DNA of 64,000 nt, taken from contig CAJMOH010000001.1 of assembly GCA_905215055.1 (NCBI GenBank), positions 34,064 through 98,063 of the forward strand, in the 5' to 3' direction. The translations under genes were made by a program, and so were the position numbers. This DNA comes from an uncultured bacterium (GTDB lineage Bacteria; Bacillota; Clostridia; Oscillospirales; Acutalibacteraceae). Position 1 is the stretch's first letter. The number at the start of each line of letters is the position of its first letter. Under the pieces are notes generated by a model. The model did no database searches, was not told the origin of the DNA, and saw nothing but the letters and a program-made list of their open reading frames with translations. Of the stretch, positions 56,376 to 64,000 are shown one piece after another.

Positions 56376-58034
56376 TCAGGGCCGGTCCCACATGCTCTTC
56401 AGCCTGTGGATCTCAAAGTCCACAGTAATGCCAGCGTCTAAAAACACGGGAAGAACCTTGACGTTGGACGGGTCCAGCACTGTGGCGATAGAGGCATTGA
56501 ACAGTCCTCCATTGCTGTAAATTTCCATAGAACACCGGTCGGTAATCACCCGCAGCTCCAGCACGCCGTCCTGGGGACCCAGATCATAGGCCCCTGTGGG
56601 CAGAATCAGCCTGCCGCTGTCCGGATCATACACAATGAGAACCCCGCGGACAGACAGGGCAATCAGCTTGTGCGGCTTAATCCCCAGCCGGAAGGTCATA
56701 TCCATGGCCTCACCCAGATAGGCCTGCGGAATCCGCTCGATCTCTTCCAAGCCCCGGTCCACAAAGGAAAAGCTGTTTTCCCACAAGGCTTCCACCTCCC
56801 TCACAGGCCGCACCGTCAGCCGGGGGCCACGCTCTGTTGTCACCAGTCCCAGCTGGTTCGGCACGCTGATACAGCTGGAAAAGGGTCCATGCTCCAGCCG
56901 GGTGCGAATCCAGGAAAGCTGTACCACTCTGCCTTCTGGCAGCCCGGTAAAGGTTTGGGCGGCATAGCCCCCCGGAGAATGAACAAAATCGCTGTAAGCC
57001 GAATAGAGCTGGTGAATGGGACCGGGGATGGACTCTGTCTCCGGCACAAACCGCCTGCCCTCAAAACGGCCCACCAGATAGGTGTCTGTGGAGCCCCACA
57101 GCACCCACCTTCCCTGGGAGGGATCTCCGTCCAACGGAAGGTAAAACAGGTCGGGACACTCGGCGGCCGTGTACAGGGAAATCACCTGGCCCTCCTCCCA
57201 GTGAAGCAAATCCTTGGAGTAAAGCAGCATGTACCGGCAGTTGTCCAAAAAGATAAACATCACCCAGTTTTCGCCTTGAGGCTCCCAGACTACCTTGGGA
57301 TCCCGGTTCATAAAGGTGATATGGGGAACCACCGGATTCCCCGAATACTTTTCAAAGGTTTTGCCTCCATCCAGGCTGTACGCGGCGGCCATCTCAAAAT
57401 ATCTGCCCCGGCTCCACCGGGTTTTGCTGCCGGCCGCGGTGTAAAACAGAAACACGGGAGGCACCCCGTCCCGTCCCAGACCAGAGGTGTTGTTCCAGTC
57501 CACCACGCCGCCGCCGGAGTACATCCGTCCGCTGGCGTCAGGCAGCAGCGCGTAGGGCTGCTCCTCCCAGTGGATCAAATCCCGGCTGACGGCGTGCAGC
57601 CAATGGGTATTGGCCACGCCAAAGCCATAGGGATTCAGCTGGGCAAAAAAGTGATAGACCCCATCCTGATAATACAGGCCGTTTGGATCGTTCATAAAGC
57701 CGTGCATGGGGGTGAAATGAGCGAAGGGCCGGGTAGGCTCCCGATACAGGGTGTCCTGGTCCTTCAGCGTGTCGGAAAGCTCCAGCAGGTCAATCAAGCC
57801 TTCGTCTCCGCCCTCCAGGCGAAGCTCCAGCTCCTGGCCCTGATAGCGCTCCAAATACAGGCAGGACCAGCACCTGGGCTGAGGGCTTAGAATGACCTCA
57901 TGCTCCTCCAGCAGTTCACCGTTTCGGTAAACGCCCAAAAACTGCATCTGGTCCACCGGCAAAAACCAACCCTTGGAATCCGCCACGGGAACCAGCAGGT
58001 ATTTCCGGTTGGCGCAAATGGTTTTACTTCTCAT
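56376..58034 (-). CDS. Glycoside hydrolase family 32 (beta-fructofuranosidase/sucrose-6P hydrolase/levanase-like), intracellular
   Basis: HFTPMHGFMNDPNGLYYQDGVYHFF (NDPNG nucleophile motif), RDP motif (FMNRDPKVVW), EC motif (AAECPDLF). No signal peptide. Start placed at MRSKTICAN with an AGGAGGGAGGA RBS. Confidence 0.85.
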   Translation of the reverse strand: MRSKTICANRKYLLVPVADSKGWFLPVDQMQFLGVYRNGELLEEHEVILSPQPRCWSCLYLERYQGQELELRLEGGDEGLIDLLELSDTLKDQDTLYREPTRPFAHFTPMHGFMNDPNGLYYQDGVYHFFAQLNPYGFGVANTHWLHAVSRDLIHWEEQPYALLPDASGRMYSGGGVVDWNNTSGLGRDGVPPVFLFYTAAGSKTRWSRGRYFEMAAAYSLDGGKTFEKYSGNPVVPHITFMNRDPKVVWEPQGENWVMFIFLDNCRYMLLYSKDLLHWEEGQVISLYTAAECPDLFYLPLDGDPSQGRWVLWGSTDTYLVGRFEGRRFVPETESIPGPIHQLYSAYSDFVHSPGGYAAQTFTGLPEGRVVQLSWIRTRLEHGPFSSCISVPNQLGLVTTERGPRLTVRPVREVEALWENSFSFVDRGLEEIERIPQAYLGEAMDMTFRLGIKPHKLIALSVRGVLIVYDPDSGRLILPTGAYDLGPQDGVLELRVITDRCSMEIYSNGGLFNASIATVLDPSNVKVLPVFLDAGITVDFEIHRLKSMWDRP

Positions 58035-58148
58035 ATAAGCGGTATCCTCCCTCCTGGAGACATGCGGCTCTCCAGGCAACTGTAAATTGATTTATTCGGA
58101 CCCAGCGGTCCGCGCAAGCCGTCCCGATCAGGCGGCTGTCCCATTAAT

Positions 58149-58160
58149 GCAAACGTTAAA
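58149..58160. promoter_or_regulatory. Second copy of the LacI-type operator-like motif GCAAACGTTAAA, upstream of the GH32 gene
   Basis: Shares GCAAACGTTAA with the site at 54956. Confidence 0.4.
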
Positions 58161-58233
58161 CACGTCTCTAACAGAGCATAGCGCACTTCGCCAAAGTTGT
58201 CAAGCTGTCAATTCCTGTTTTACAGCGATTTCA

Positions 58234-58902
58234 TCAAAAACCGCCGGCCTCTTGGGGAAGCCGCGCCCGCAGCGCCTTTGTGGGAATCCCTTGAGCGGTG
58301 AAGCGCTCCTCGTGCTCGGTGAGAAGATTCTCCGGGTCCTGCTCCCGATGGAGGTCCTTGGTGTCAAAGAAGATGGAAAAACCGGCCTCCTCAAAGTACC
58401 GCCGGGTTGCCAAATACAGGTCGTCGTTGTCCGTTTTGAACCAGATTTCCCCGCCGGGCGCCAGCAGCGGCTTATAGGCCAGCAGCTGGCGGGTGTGGGT
58501 CAGCCGGCGCTTGTGATGGCCCGCGGCAGGCCAGGGGTTGCAGAAATTGATATAAATCCGCTCCACCCTTTCCTCAGGGCCGAAGAGCTGGGGCAGGCGC
58601 TCTATGTTATAGGCGCACAGGGCCACGTTGTCCGGCTGCTCCTCTCCATAGGCCTCCTGGATATTCCGCCGGGCCACACCCAAAATGTCCAGGCTGATGT
58701 CAATGCCCAAAAAATTCACGTCCCGGCGGGTGTGGGCGGCCTGGGCCAAAAAGACACATTTTCCGCAGCCCAAATCCAGGTGCAGCGGGCGTGGGGCGCC
58801 AAAGCACTCCTGCCAGCGGCCCCTTTGGGTTTCCGGCTCTGGAATATAGTAAGAGCACGCGGCAAGCTCGGGCCGCGCCCAGGTTTTTCTACGGATTCGC
58901 AT
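58234..58902 (-). CDS. trmB: tRNA (guanine-N7)-methyltransferase
   Basis: LDLGCGKC SAM motif and a NFCNPWP motif, 222 aa. GAGGAGAGG RBS before MRIRRKTW. The upstream 323 codons of the track ORF are an antisense artefact over the patatin gene. Confidence 0.8.
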   Translation of the reverse strand: MRIRRKTWARPELAACSYYIPEPETQRGRWQECFGAPRPLHLDLGCGKCVFLAQAAHTRRDVNFLGIDISLDILGVARRNIQEAYGEEQPDNVALCAYNIERLPQLFGPEERVERIYINFCNPWPAAGHHKRRLTHTRQLLAYKPLLAPGGEIWFKTDNDDLYLATRRYFEEAGFSIFFDTKDLHREQDPENLLTEHEERFTAQGIPTKALRARLPQEAGGF

Positions 58903-59031
58903 GGTACCTCTCCTCGCTGTGATTTCGCAGGGATTATTATACCTGGGTAAAGGAAGGAAATCAAGAGCGGACGTTGAATCCTGGAGAAAGTTGATGTACA
59001 ATACATAGTATGGAAAGGAGCGGATGAACCG

Positions 59032-59886
59032 ATGGAAAAATGGGCGCTGGCTTTGGAAGGCGGCTCTCTGCGGTGCATGTTTTCCGCGGGAGCGGTGGAT
59101 GTGATGATGGAGCATCATCTGTGGGCTGACGGCGTGTTCGGCGTGTCCGCCGGGGCGCTGACCGGCGTGAATTACGTCTCCCGCCAGACCGGCCGGACCG
59201 CCCAGGTCAACCTGGACTTTGTGGGCGACAAACGGTATCTTGGCCTGGGAAACCTGATTTTCAAAAGAAGCATTTTCAACTTTGACTTTCTCTTTGGGGA
59301 GATCTCTGACAAGCTGATCCCCCTGGACCGGAAAGCCTTTGCCCAGTCGGACATGGAGTTTACTGCCGTGACCACGGACTGCCGCACCGGACAACCAGCC
59401 TTCTGGGAAAAACACGCCTGTCAGGATATTTACGGGGCCATTCGAGCCAGCGCCAGCATGCCGCTGCTCTCTCCCATCGTAAATGTGGAAGGCGTCCCTT
59501 GTGTGGACGGCGGTGTGTCTCTGTCCATCCCCTATCAAAAGCCCCTGGAGGATGGCTATCCCAAAGTGGTGGTTATCACCACCCGGGAGCACGGCTACCG
59601 CAAGCCCCCCACCCCCAGAGCCCTGGCCAATCTGTATGCCAAGTATTACAAGCGGTATCCCAGCCTGGTGCGCTCCCTGCTGGAAACTCCCCGCCGCTAT
59701 GCCCGGGAGCTGGATGAGTTGGACCATCTGGAGGCCCAGGGAAAGGTGTTTGTGCTTCGGCCGCCGGAGCCGGTGACTGTTTCCCGTACAGAAAAGGACG
59801 TGACAAAGCTGCGGGCCTTGTACGCCCAGGGACGGCAGGTCTGTCAGGAGCGCATGGAGGAGCTGGAGCATTATCTAAACAGTTGA
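59032..59886 (+). CDS. Patatin-like phospholipase
   Basis: Oxyanion GGS/A motif LEGGSLRCMFSAG, nucleophile GVSAGA (GxSxG), catalytic DGG. Confidence 0.8.
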   Translation: MEKWALALEGGSLRCMFSAGAVDVMMEHHLWADGVFGVSAGALTGVNYVSRQTGRTAQVNLDFVGDKRYLGLGNLIFKRSIFNFDFLFGEISDKLIPLDRKAFAQSDMEFTAVTTDCRTGQPAFWEKHACQDIYGAIRASASMPLLSPIVNVEGVPCVDGGVSLSIPYQKPLEDGYPKVVVITTREHGYRKPPTPRALANLYAKYYKRYPSLVRSLLETPRRYARELDELDHLEAQGKVFVLRPPEPVTVSRTEKDVTKLRALYAQGRQVCQERMEELEHYLNS

Positions 59887-59940
59887 ATCGAGAAAAACGG
59901 CAAAGAAAGAGCTGTCCCCCTGGGACAGCTCTTTTCGGGT

Positions 59941-60393
59941 TCAGCGTTCTTTCGTCTTGCCAATGTTTCCCAGAATCTTCGCCGCCACAAAGCCGATGAA
60001 CACAATGGGAATCAGCAGCAGCTCAATCAACATCACGGTCCCTACGGGAACCAGCACGCCAAAGGCGATCAAAAGCAGGCACAGCTCCAGAGTGAGGAGA
60101 ACCACGGCAAAAACCACGGGCAGCAGCCGCTCCGCGCCGGACATAGCGGGGGCCAAGGCGGGGAGCCTTTCCAGGCACCGGCCGATCCACCAATGGAAGG
60201 CATAGGTTGTCACCAGCTGCGCCGCCGGAATGATGAGCAGGGTCCACTTGGGGCCGGTACGGGTGATGACCCCATCGCCCTGAAACTGGATAGGAACACT
60301 CCCCGGCAAGAAGGGCATGGCGATCAAGGCTCCTGCAAAGCCCACAGCGGCAAGCAGAACCTCCAGCCAATAGGTTTTGAAAAAGGCTTTCAT
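59941..60393 (-). CDS. DUF1648-like membrane protein
   Basis: N-terminal TM followed by MPFLPGSVPIQFQGDGVITRTGPKW (DUF1648-like), then 3 further TM helices. Confidence 0.45.
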   Translation of the reverse strand: MKAFFKTYWLEVLLAAVGFAGALIAMPFLPGSVPIQFQGDGVITRTGPKWTLLIIPAAQLVTTYAFHWWIGRCLERLPALAPAMSGAERLLPVVFAVVLLTLELCLLLIAFGVLVPVGTVMLIELLLIPIVFIGFVAAKILGNIGKTKER

Positions 60394-60405
60394 AAAAACC
60401 ACTCC

Positions 60406-61407
60406 TTACAGCAGGACAATGCCCGCCTCTTTGCACAGGCGCTTTGTCTCCTCGTCCCACAGGGAGGCCTGGACCTCGCCGATGTGAGCCTTGCCCAGCA
60501 GCAGCATGCACAGGCGGCTCTGGCCAATGCCTCCGCCGATGGTGAGAGGCAGCTCGCCCTTTAACAGCATTTGGTGGAAGGGCAGCTTCCGGCGGTTGTC
60601 ACAGCCAGCCTCGGTAAGTTGCTTATCCAGGCTTTCCGGGTCCACCCGAATGCCCATGCTGCTGATTTCCAGGGCGCATTCCAGAGGCTCGTGCCAGAAA
60701 AGCAGGTCGCCGTTCAAGCTCCAGTCGTCGTAGTCGGGGGCGCGGCCGTCGTGGGGCTTTCCGCTTTTCAGCTTGCCGCCGATCTGCTGGATAAACACGG
60801 TCTTATGCTCTCTGACGGCCGCATTCTCCCGCTCCTTGGGCGTCAGCTGGGGATACAGGTCCTCCAGCTCCTGGGCGGTGATGAAAAACACATCCCGGCA
60901 CAGCTCGGTGGAAAGATCGGAAAACTGCCACTTCAGCTCGTCCAAAGTGCCGCAGATGGCGCTGACAATCCGCCGGACCGTATCCTTTAAATACGCCTCA
61001 TTGCGGGTGGATTGGTCAATGACTTTCTCCCAGTCCCACTGATCCACATAGATGGAGTGGAGGTTGTCCAGCTCCTCATCCCGGCGGATGGCGTTCATAT
61101 CTGTCACCAGACCGTTGCCCACAAAAAAGTTGTAGTCGTGAAGGGCCAGGCGTTTCCACTTGGCCAGGGAGTGGACCACCTGACCTTCAATTCCCACCGC
61201 GGGAATGTCAAAGCTGACTGGGCGCTCCACACCGTTCAGATCGTCGTTAAGGCCGGTGGCCGGGTCCACAAACAGAGGCGCGGTGACGCGCTTTAAGTGC
61301 AGGGCCGCGCAAAGCTTTACCTGGAAGATATTCTTAATCAGGCCGATGGCCTTCTGGGTCTCGTACAGGCCCAGGGCAGGCTGGTAGTGCTCCGGCAGGA
61401 TGGTCAT
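60406..61407 (-). CDS. asnA: Aspartate--ammonia ligase
   Basis: Class II aaRS-like AsnA signature regions (…QAIKDFFGLGYGLK-like [16 protein letters not shown]…; DWDWEKVI; ISSMGIRVD). RBS before MTILPEHY. Confidence 0.85.
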   Translation of the reverse strand: MTILPEHYQPALGLYETQKAIGLIKNIFQVKLCAALHLKRVTAPLFVDPATGLNDDLNGVERPVSFDIPAVGIEGQVVHSLAKWKRLALHDYNFFVGNGLVTDMNAIRRDEELDNLHSIYVDQWDWEKVIDQSTRNEAYLKDTVRRIVSAICGTLDELKWQFSDLSTELCRDVFFITAQELEDLYPQLTPKERENAAVREHKTVFIQQIGGKLKSGKPHDGRAPDYDDWSLNGDLLFWHEPLECALEISSMGIRVDPESLDKQLTEAGCDNRRKLPFHQMLLKGELPLTIGGGIGQSRLCMLLLGKAHIGEVQASLWDEETKRLCKEAGIVLL

Positions 61408-61504
61408 AGTGGTTCCCCCTTGTTTCAAAATCTTTTTTATTATAGCAGGTTTTACTGGAGATGGGAAGGGATTTTTGCAGGAGGCGGTCCCACCGGCTGC
61501 AAGT

Positions 61505-61951
61505 TCACTCCTCGTCCCCGGCGGGGCGGCGCTTTTCCCGGAAGGACTTTGCCAGGTACACCCCCAAGATGCTGGCCATCAGGCAGCCGGTGAGGGTGGT
61601 GGCCCCCGCGGAGGTAAGCATGGCCTCCTCCAGCAGCGGGTCGCGGCCTGCCGCCAGAGAGACCAATTCTATCACCACCATGCACAGGCCGCACAGGCCC
61701 ATGGCGAAAAAGAAGGTCTTTTGGCTCCTTCCCATAGGGTTGATGTCCCGCAAGATGAACTCCCACCAGCACAGGGCCACGCTGCCCCAGATGAGCAGGA
61801 TCGCCTCCCAGGGGCCCTCTGCCCAGGTGATGCCAAAGGCCTTGCACAGAGCCTCCAGGGCAAGGGCCGCAAGTAAAAACACAAAGGCGTGCTTGAACAC
61901 ATTGCCCCGCTGCCACAGCTGGCGCTCGTCTAACTCGGTTCGTTTTTTCAT
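61505..61951 (-). CDS. DUF2975-like membrane protein (YoaS-like)
   Basis: A 4-TM protein immediately after a YozG-like HTH gene, which is the usual context of DUF2975. GAGAGGAG RBS. Confidence 0.45.
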   Translation of the reverse strand: MKKRTELDERQLWQRGNVFKHAFVFLLAALALEALCKAFGITWAEGPWEAILLIWGSVALCWWEFILRDINPMGRSQKTFFFAMGLCGLCMVVIELVSLAAGRDPLLEEAMLTSAGATTLTGCLMASILGVYLAKSFREKRRPAGDEE

Positions 61952-61966
61952 GGCGCACAACTCCTC

Positions 61967-62164
61967 TCAAGGTTCCCAGAACAGCTGGTCCAAGGTCTTG
62001 CCCAGGGCCTTGCAAATTTCCACACAGAGCTTGATAGTAGGATTGTAGTCTCCCCGCTCGATGGCCACAATGGTCTGGCGGGTAACACCCACTCTCTCTG
62101 CCAAGTCCTGCTGGGTAAGCCCCAAGGCCGCCCTGGCCGCTTTCATTTTTAAATTTTTTCCCAT
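61967..62164 (-). CDS. XRE-family HTH transcriptional regulator (YozG-like)
   Basis: ALGLTQQDLAERVGVTRQTIVAIERGDYNPTIKLCVEICKALG, 65 aa. GGAGAGGTGAG RBS. Confidence 0.7.
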   Translation of the reverse strand: MGKNLKMKAARAALGLTQQDLAERVGVTRQTIVAIERGDYNPTIKLCVEICKALGKTLDQLFWEP

Positions 62165-62237
62165 GGGCTCACCTCTCCAGATTATTGTATGCTTTAACAG
62201 TCTAAAAGTCAAGTATATTTTACTTTCAAAGTACAAA

Positions 62238-62270
62238 AAAAGAGCGAACCCAAAGGTCCGCTCTTTCTTT
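62238..62270. terminator. Bidirectional terminator
   Basis: AAAGAGCGaacccaaaggtcCGCTCTTT flanked by AAAAAAA and TTTCTTT. Confidence 0.5.
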
Positions 62271-62277
62271 ATGACTG

Positions 62278-62415
62278 TCAGGATTTTTTGCGGGAGGTGA
62301 TCTTGGTCAGCACATATACCAGCAGGGCAATGACGACAATCACCACAAAGATGCCCAGCATCCCCTTGCCCATGATGCCAAGGGCCTCCATGACTACGTC
62401 CATGTTGATATTCAT
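62278..62415 (-). CDS. OadG-like small membrane subunit of a Na+-translocating decarboxylase (45 aa)
   Basis: MNINMDVVMEALGIMGKGMLGIFVVIVVIALLVYVLTKITSRKKS. GGAGGA RBS. Sits immediately downstream of the beta subunit gene. Below the ORF-track size cut-off. Confidence 0.45.
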   Translation of the reverse strand: MNINMDVVMEALGIMGKGMLGIFVVIVVIALLVYVLTKITSRKKS

Positions 62416-62497
62416 ATGATTTCCTCCAAACCATTCACGTCAGAGTGTCGCTTGCGAGCTTTTCCGAAAAACCGGGTTCCGCCGCCAGATGTTCACC

Positions 62498-63625
62498 TTA
62501 CATAAAGAATCCCAGGATGATGCCGCCAGCCACAGCGGAGGCGATCTGACCGGAGACGTTGGCGCCCACGGCATGCATCAGCAGGTGGTTCTGGTTGTTG
62601 GCGGCAATGCCCATCTTCTCCACAATGCGGGCGGACATGGGGAACGCGGAAATGCCAGCGGCGCCCACCATGGGGTTGATCTTGGTCTTGCTGAAGATGT
62701 TGAGGATCTTGGCAAAGATCACGCCGGCCACAGTGTCAAAGATGAAGGCCACCAGGCCCAGGGCCATAATCATGATGGTCTGCACGGTGACAAACTGATC
62801 GGCGCGCATGGAGAAGGCAATGGTGATGCCCAGCAGCAGGGTAATCAGGTTGGCCAGGTCGTTCTGAGCGGTCTCAGACAGACGGTTGAGCACGCCGCAC
62901 TCCCGGATCAGGTTGCCAAACATCAGGAAGCCCACCAGAGAGACAGAAGCGGGGGCTACCAGGCCGGCCACGAAGGTGACCATGATGGGGAACAGAATGC
63001 GGGTGGTCTTGGTGACCTGGTTGGGACGGTACTCCATCTTGATAGCCCGCTCCTTCTTGGTGGTCACCAGCTTGATGGCCGCGGGCTGAATGATCGGCAC
63101 CAGAGCCATGTAGGAGTAAGCAGCCACCGCGATGGGGCCAATAAAGTTGGAGCCAAGCACCTGGGACACCAAAATAGAGGTGGGGCCGTCGGCGGCGCCG
63201 ATAATGCCAATGGAGGCGGCGTCCTTGATCTCAAAGCCCAGCAAAGCGGCCAGCACAATGGTCATGAAAATGCCAAACTGAGCCGCCGCGCCGAAGAGGA
63301 ACATCTTCGGGTTGGAGAGCAGGGGACCAAAGTCGATCATGGCGCCAATGCCGATGAACAGCAGCAGCGGGAACGCCTCGGAGGTCTCGATGCCCACCTC
63401 GAACAGCCACTGAATAATGCCGTGGGTCTCGCCGGCGCCTTCCATCATCTGGTTGAGCACGCCAGAGCTGGGCAGGTTCACCAGGATAGCGCCAAAACCC
63501 ATGGGCAGCAGCAGCGTGGGTTCATACTCTTTCTTGATGGCCAGCCAGATGAGCACCGCGCCCACCACATACATGACCGCCTGCTGCCAGGTAATGGATA
63601 GCAGGCCTTCCCACAAGAATTCCAT
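62498..63625 (-). CDS. Na+-translocating decarboxylase beta subunit (OadB/GcdB/MmdB family)
   Basis: A ~375-aa polytopic membrane protein with the conserved PMGFGAILVN…IGAMIDFGPLL…GIIGAADGPT motifs. Confidence 0.85.
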   Translation of the reverse strand: MEFLWEGLLSITWQQAVMYVVGAVLIWLAIKKEYEPTLLLPMGFGAILVNLPSSGVLNQMMEGAGETHGIIQWLFEVGIETSEAFPLLLFIGIGAMIDFGPLLSNPKMFLFGAAAQFGIFMTIVLAALLGFEIKDAASIGIIGAADGPTSILVSQVLGSNFIGPIAVAAYSYMALVPIIQPAAIKLVTTKKERAIKMEYRPNQVTKTTRILFPIMVTFVAGLVAPASVSLVGFLMFGNLIRECGVLNRLSETAQNDLANLITLLLGITIAFSMRADQFVTVQTIMIMALGLVAFIFDTVAGVIFAKILNIFSKTKINPMVGAAGISAFPMSARIVEKMGIAANNQNHLLMHAVGANVSGQIASAVAGGIILGFFM

Positions 63626-63809
63626 TGTTTCCTTCATCCTTCCTTTTTTTAAACAATTCTCTCCCGAAACGGGGGAGGATATAAAAAGAGACCCATGCTA
63701 AAAAGCACAGGTCTTGCCATTTCAAGCTAAACCAGGGCGCGGGAACGCCCAAGATGTTGACTTAGCTGCATGAAAGCTTCACGCCGGCTACTCCCCCAGT
63801 TCGCTTGAT

Positions 63810-63839
63810 AGTGTACCATGTTTGCAAGGAGCTTGTCAA
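63810..63839 (-). promoter_or_regulatory. Sigma-70-type promoter for the decarboxylase beta/gamma genes
   Basis: Minus strand: TTGACA, an 18-nt spacer, then TACACT. This implies a ~175-nt leader. Confidence 0.4.
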
Positions 63840-64000
63840 GAGCGGAACACCCTCTCTTTGTTACCGGATGTTTAGGGAAATTTCCGCAAATGTTCAACAA
63901 ATCTTCACATTTCCCGGGTATCTTATAGGTGTGGTCGAGAAAAGGCCACAGGACAAAATCTTTTTCATTACATCCTCATTTTATCTCCTTACTTCCTCTT

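Noticed and set aside
58903-59871. N-terminal 323-codon extension of the trmB ORF (track ORF 58234..59871)
   Set aside because: TrmB homology starts at MRIRRKTW, which has its own RBS. The extension is antisense to the well-supported patatin gene.
63883-63960. Mini-ORFs (ATGAGGATGTAA and a 24-codon MKKILSCGLF… peptide) with an AAGGAGAT RBS near the window end
   Set aside because: They are at the window edge upstream of the decarboxylase promoter. Too short, and without context, to call.

Overview
This is a high-GC (~60%) sporulating Firmicutes/Clostridia-type chromosome segment that is mostly core genome. The yqfC-yqfD-phoH-ybeY-dgkA-era-yqzL-recO cluster is conserved, and mutS2, htpG, eno, asnA, trmB, tadA and feoAB are present. 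I found no rRNA, tRNA, CRISPR array, transposase or integrase.

Items that stand out:
- An AT-rich islet at the window start (1-830) with a partial NERD-domain gene, abutting a frameshifted, compositionally chimeric orphan ABC ATPase.
- A decayed gpmA pseudogene directly upstream of eno.
- A TetR-controlled pair of ABC exporters.
- A recurring 16-bp palindrome GTTAG-N6-CTAAY at four intergenic sites.
- A cobalamin riboswitch in front of a DUF4430 lipoprotein / ECF-S-like membrane protein pair.
- A sigma-70 promoter driving a DUF134 regulator plus a three-domain fusion: CoA-disulfide-reductase-like flavoprotein, rhodanese, and siroheme sulfite-reductase-like C-terminus. This is the most unusual element and may be a self-sufficient NAD(P)H-linked sulfur-oxyanion/persulfide reductase.
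- A cassette of two paralogous membrane-anchored sigma-70-like proteins, one with Ser/Glu tandem repeats, next to a two-component system.
- A fructan/FOS utilisation locus (GH32, LacI, LplABC-type ABC transporter) with a shared operator-like motif.
- A Na+-decarboxylase beta/gamma pair behind a long structured leader.

Many long ORFs lying antisense to real genes are GC-rich artefacts and were rejected.
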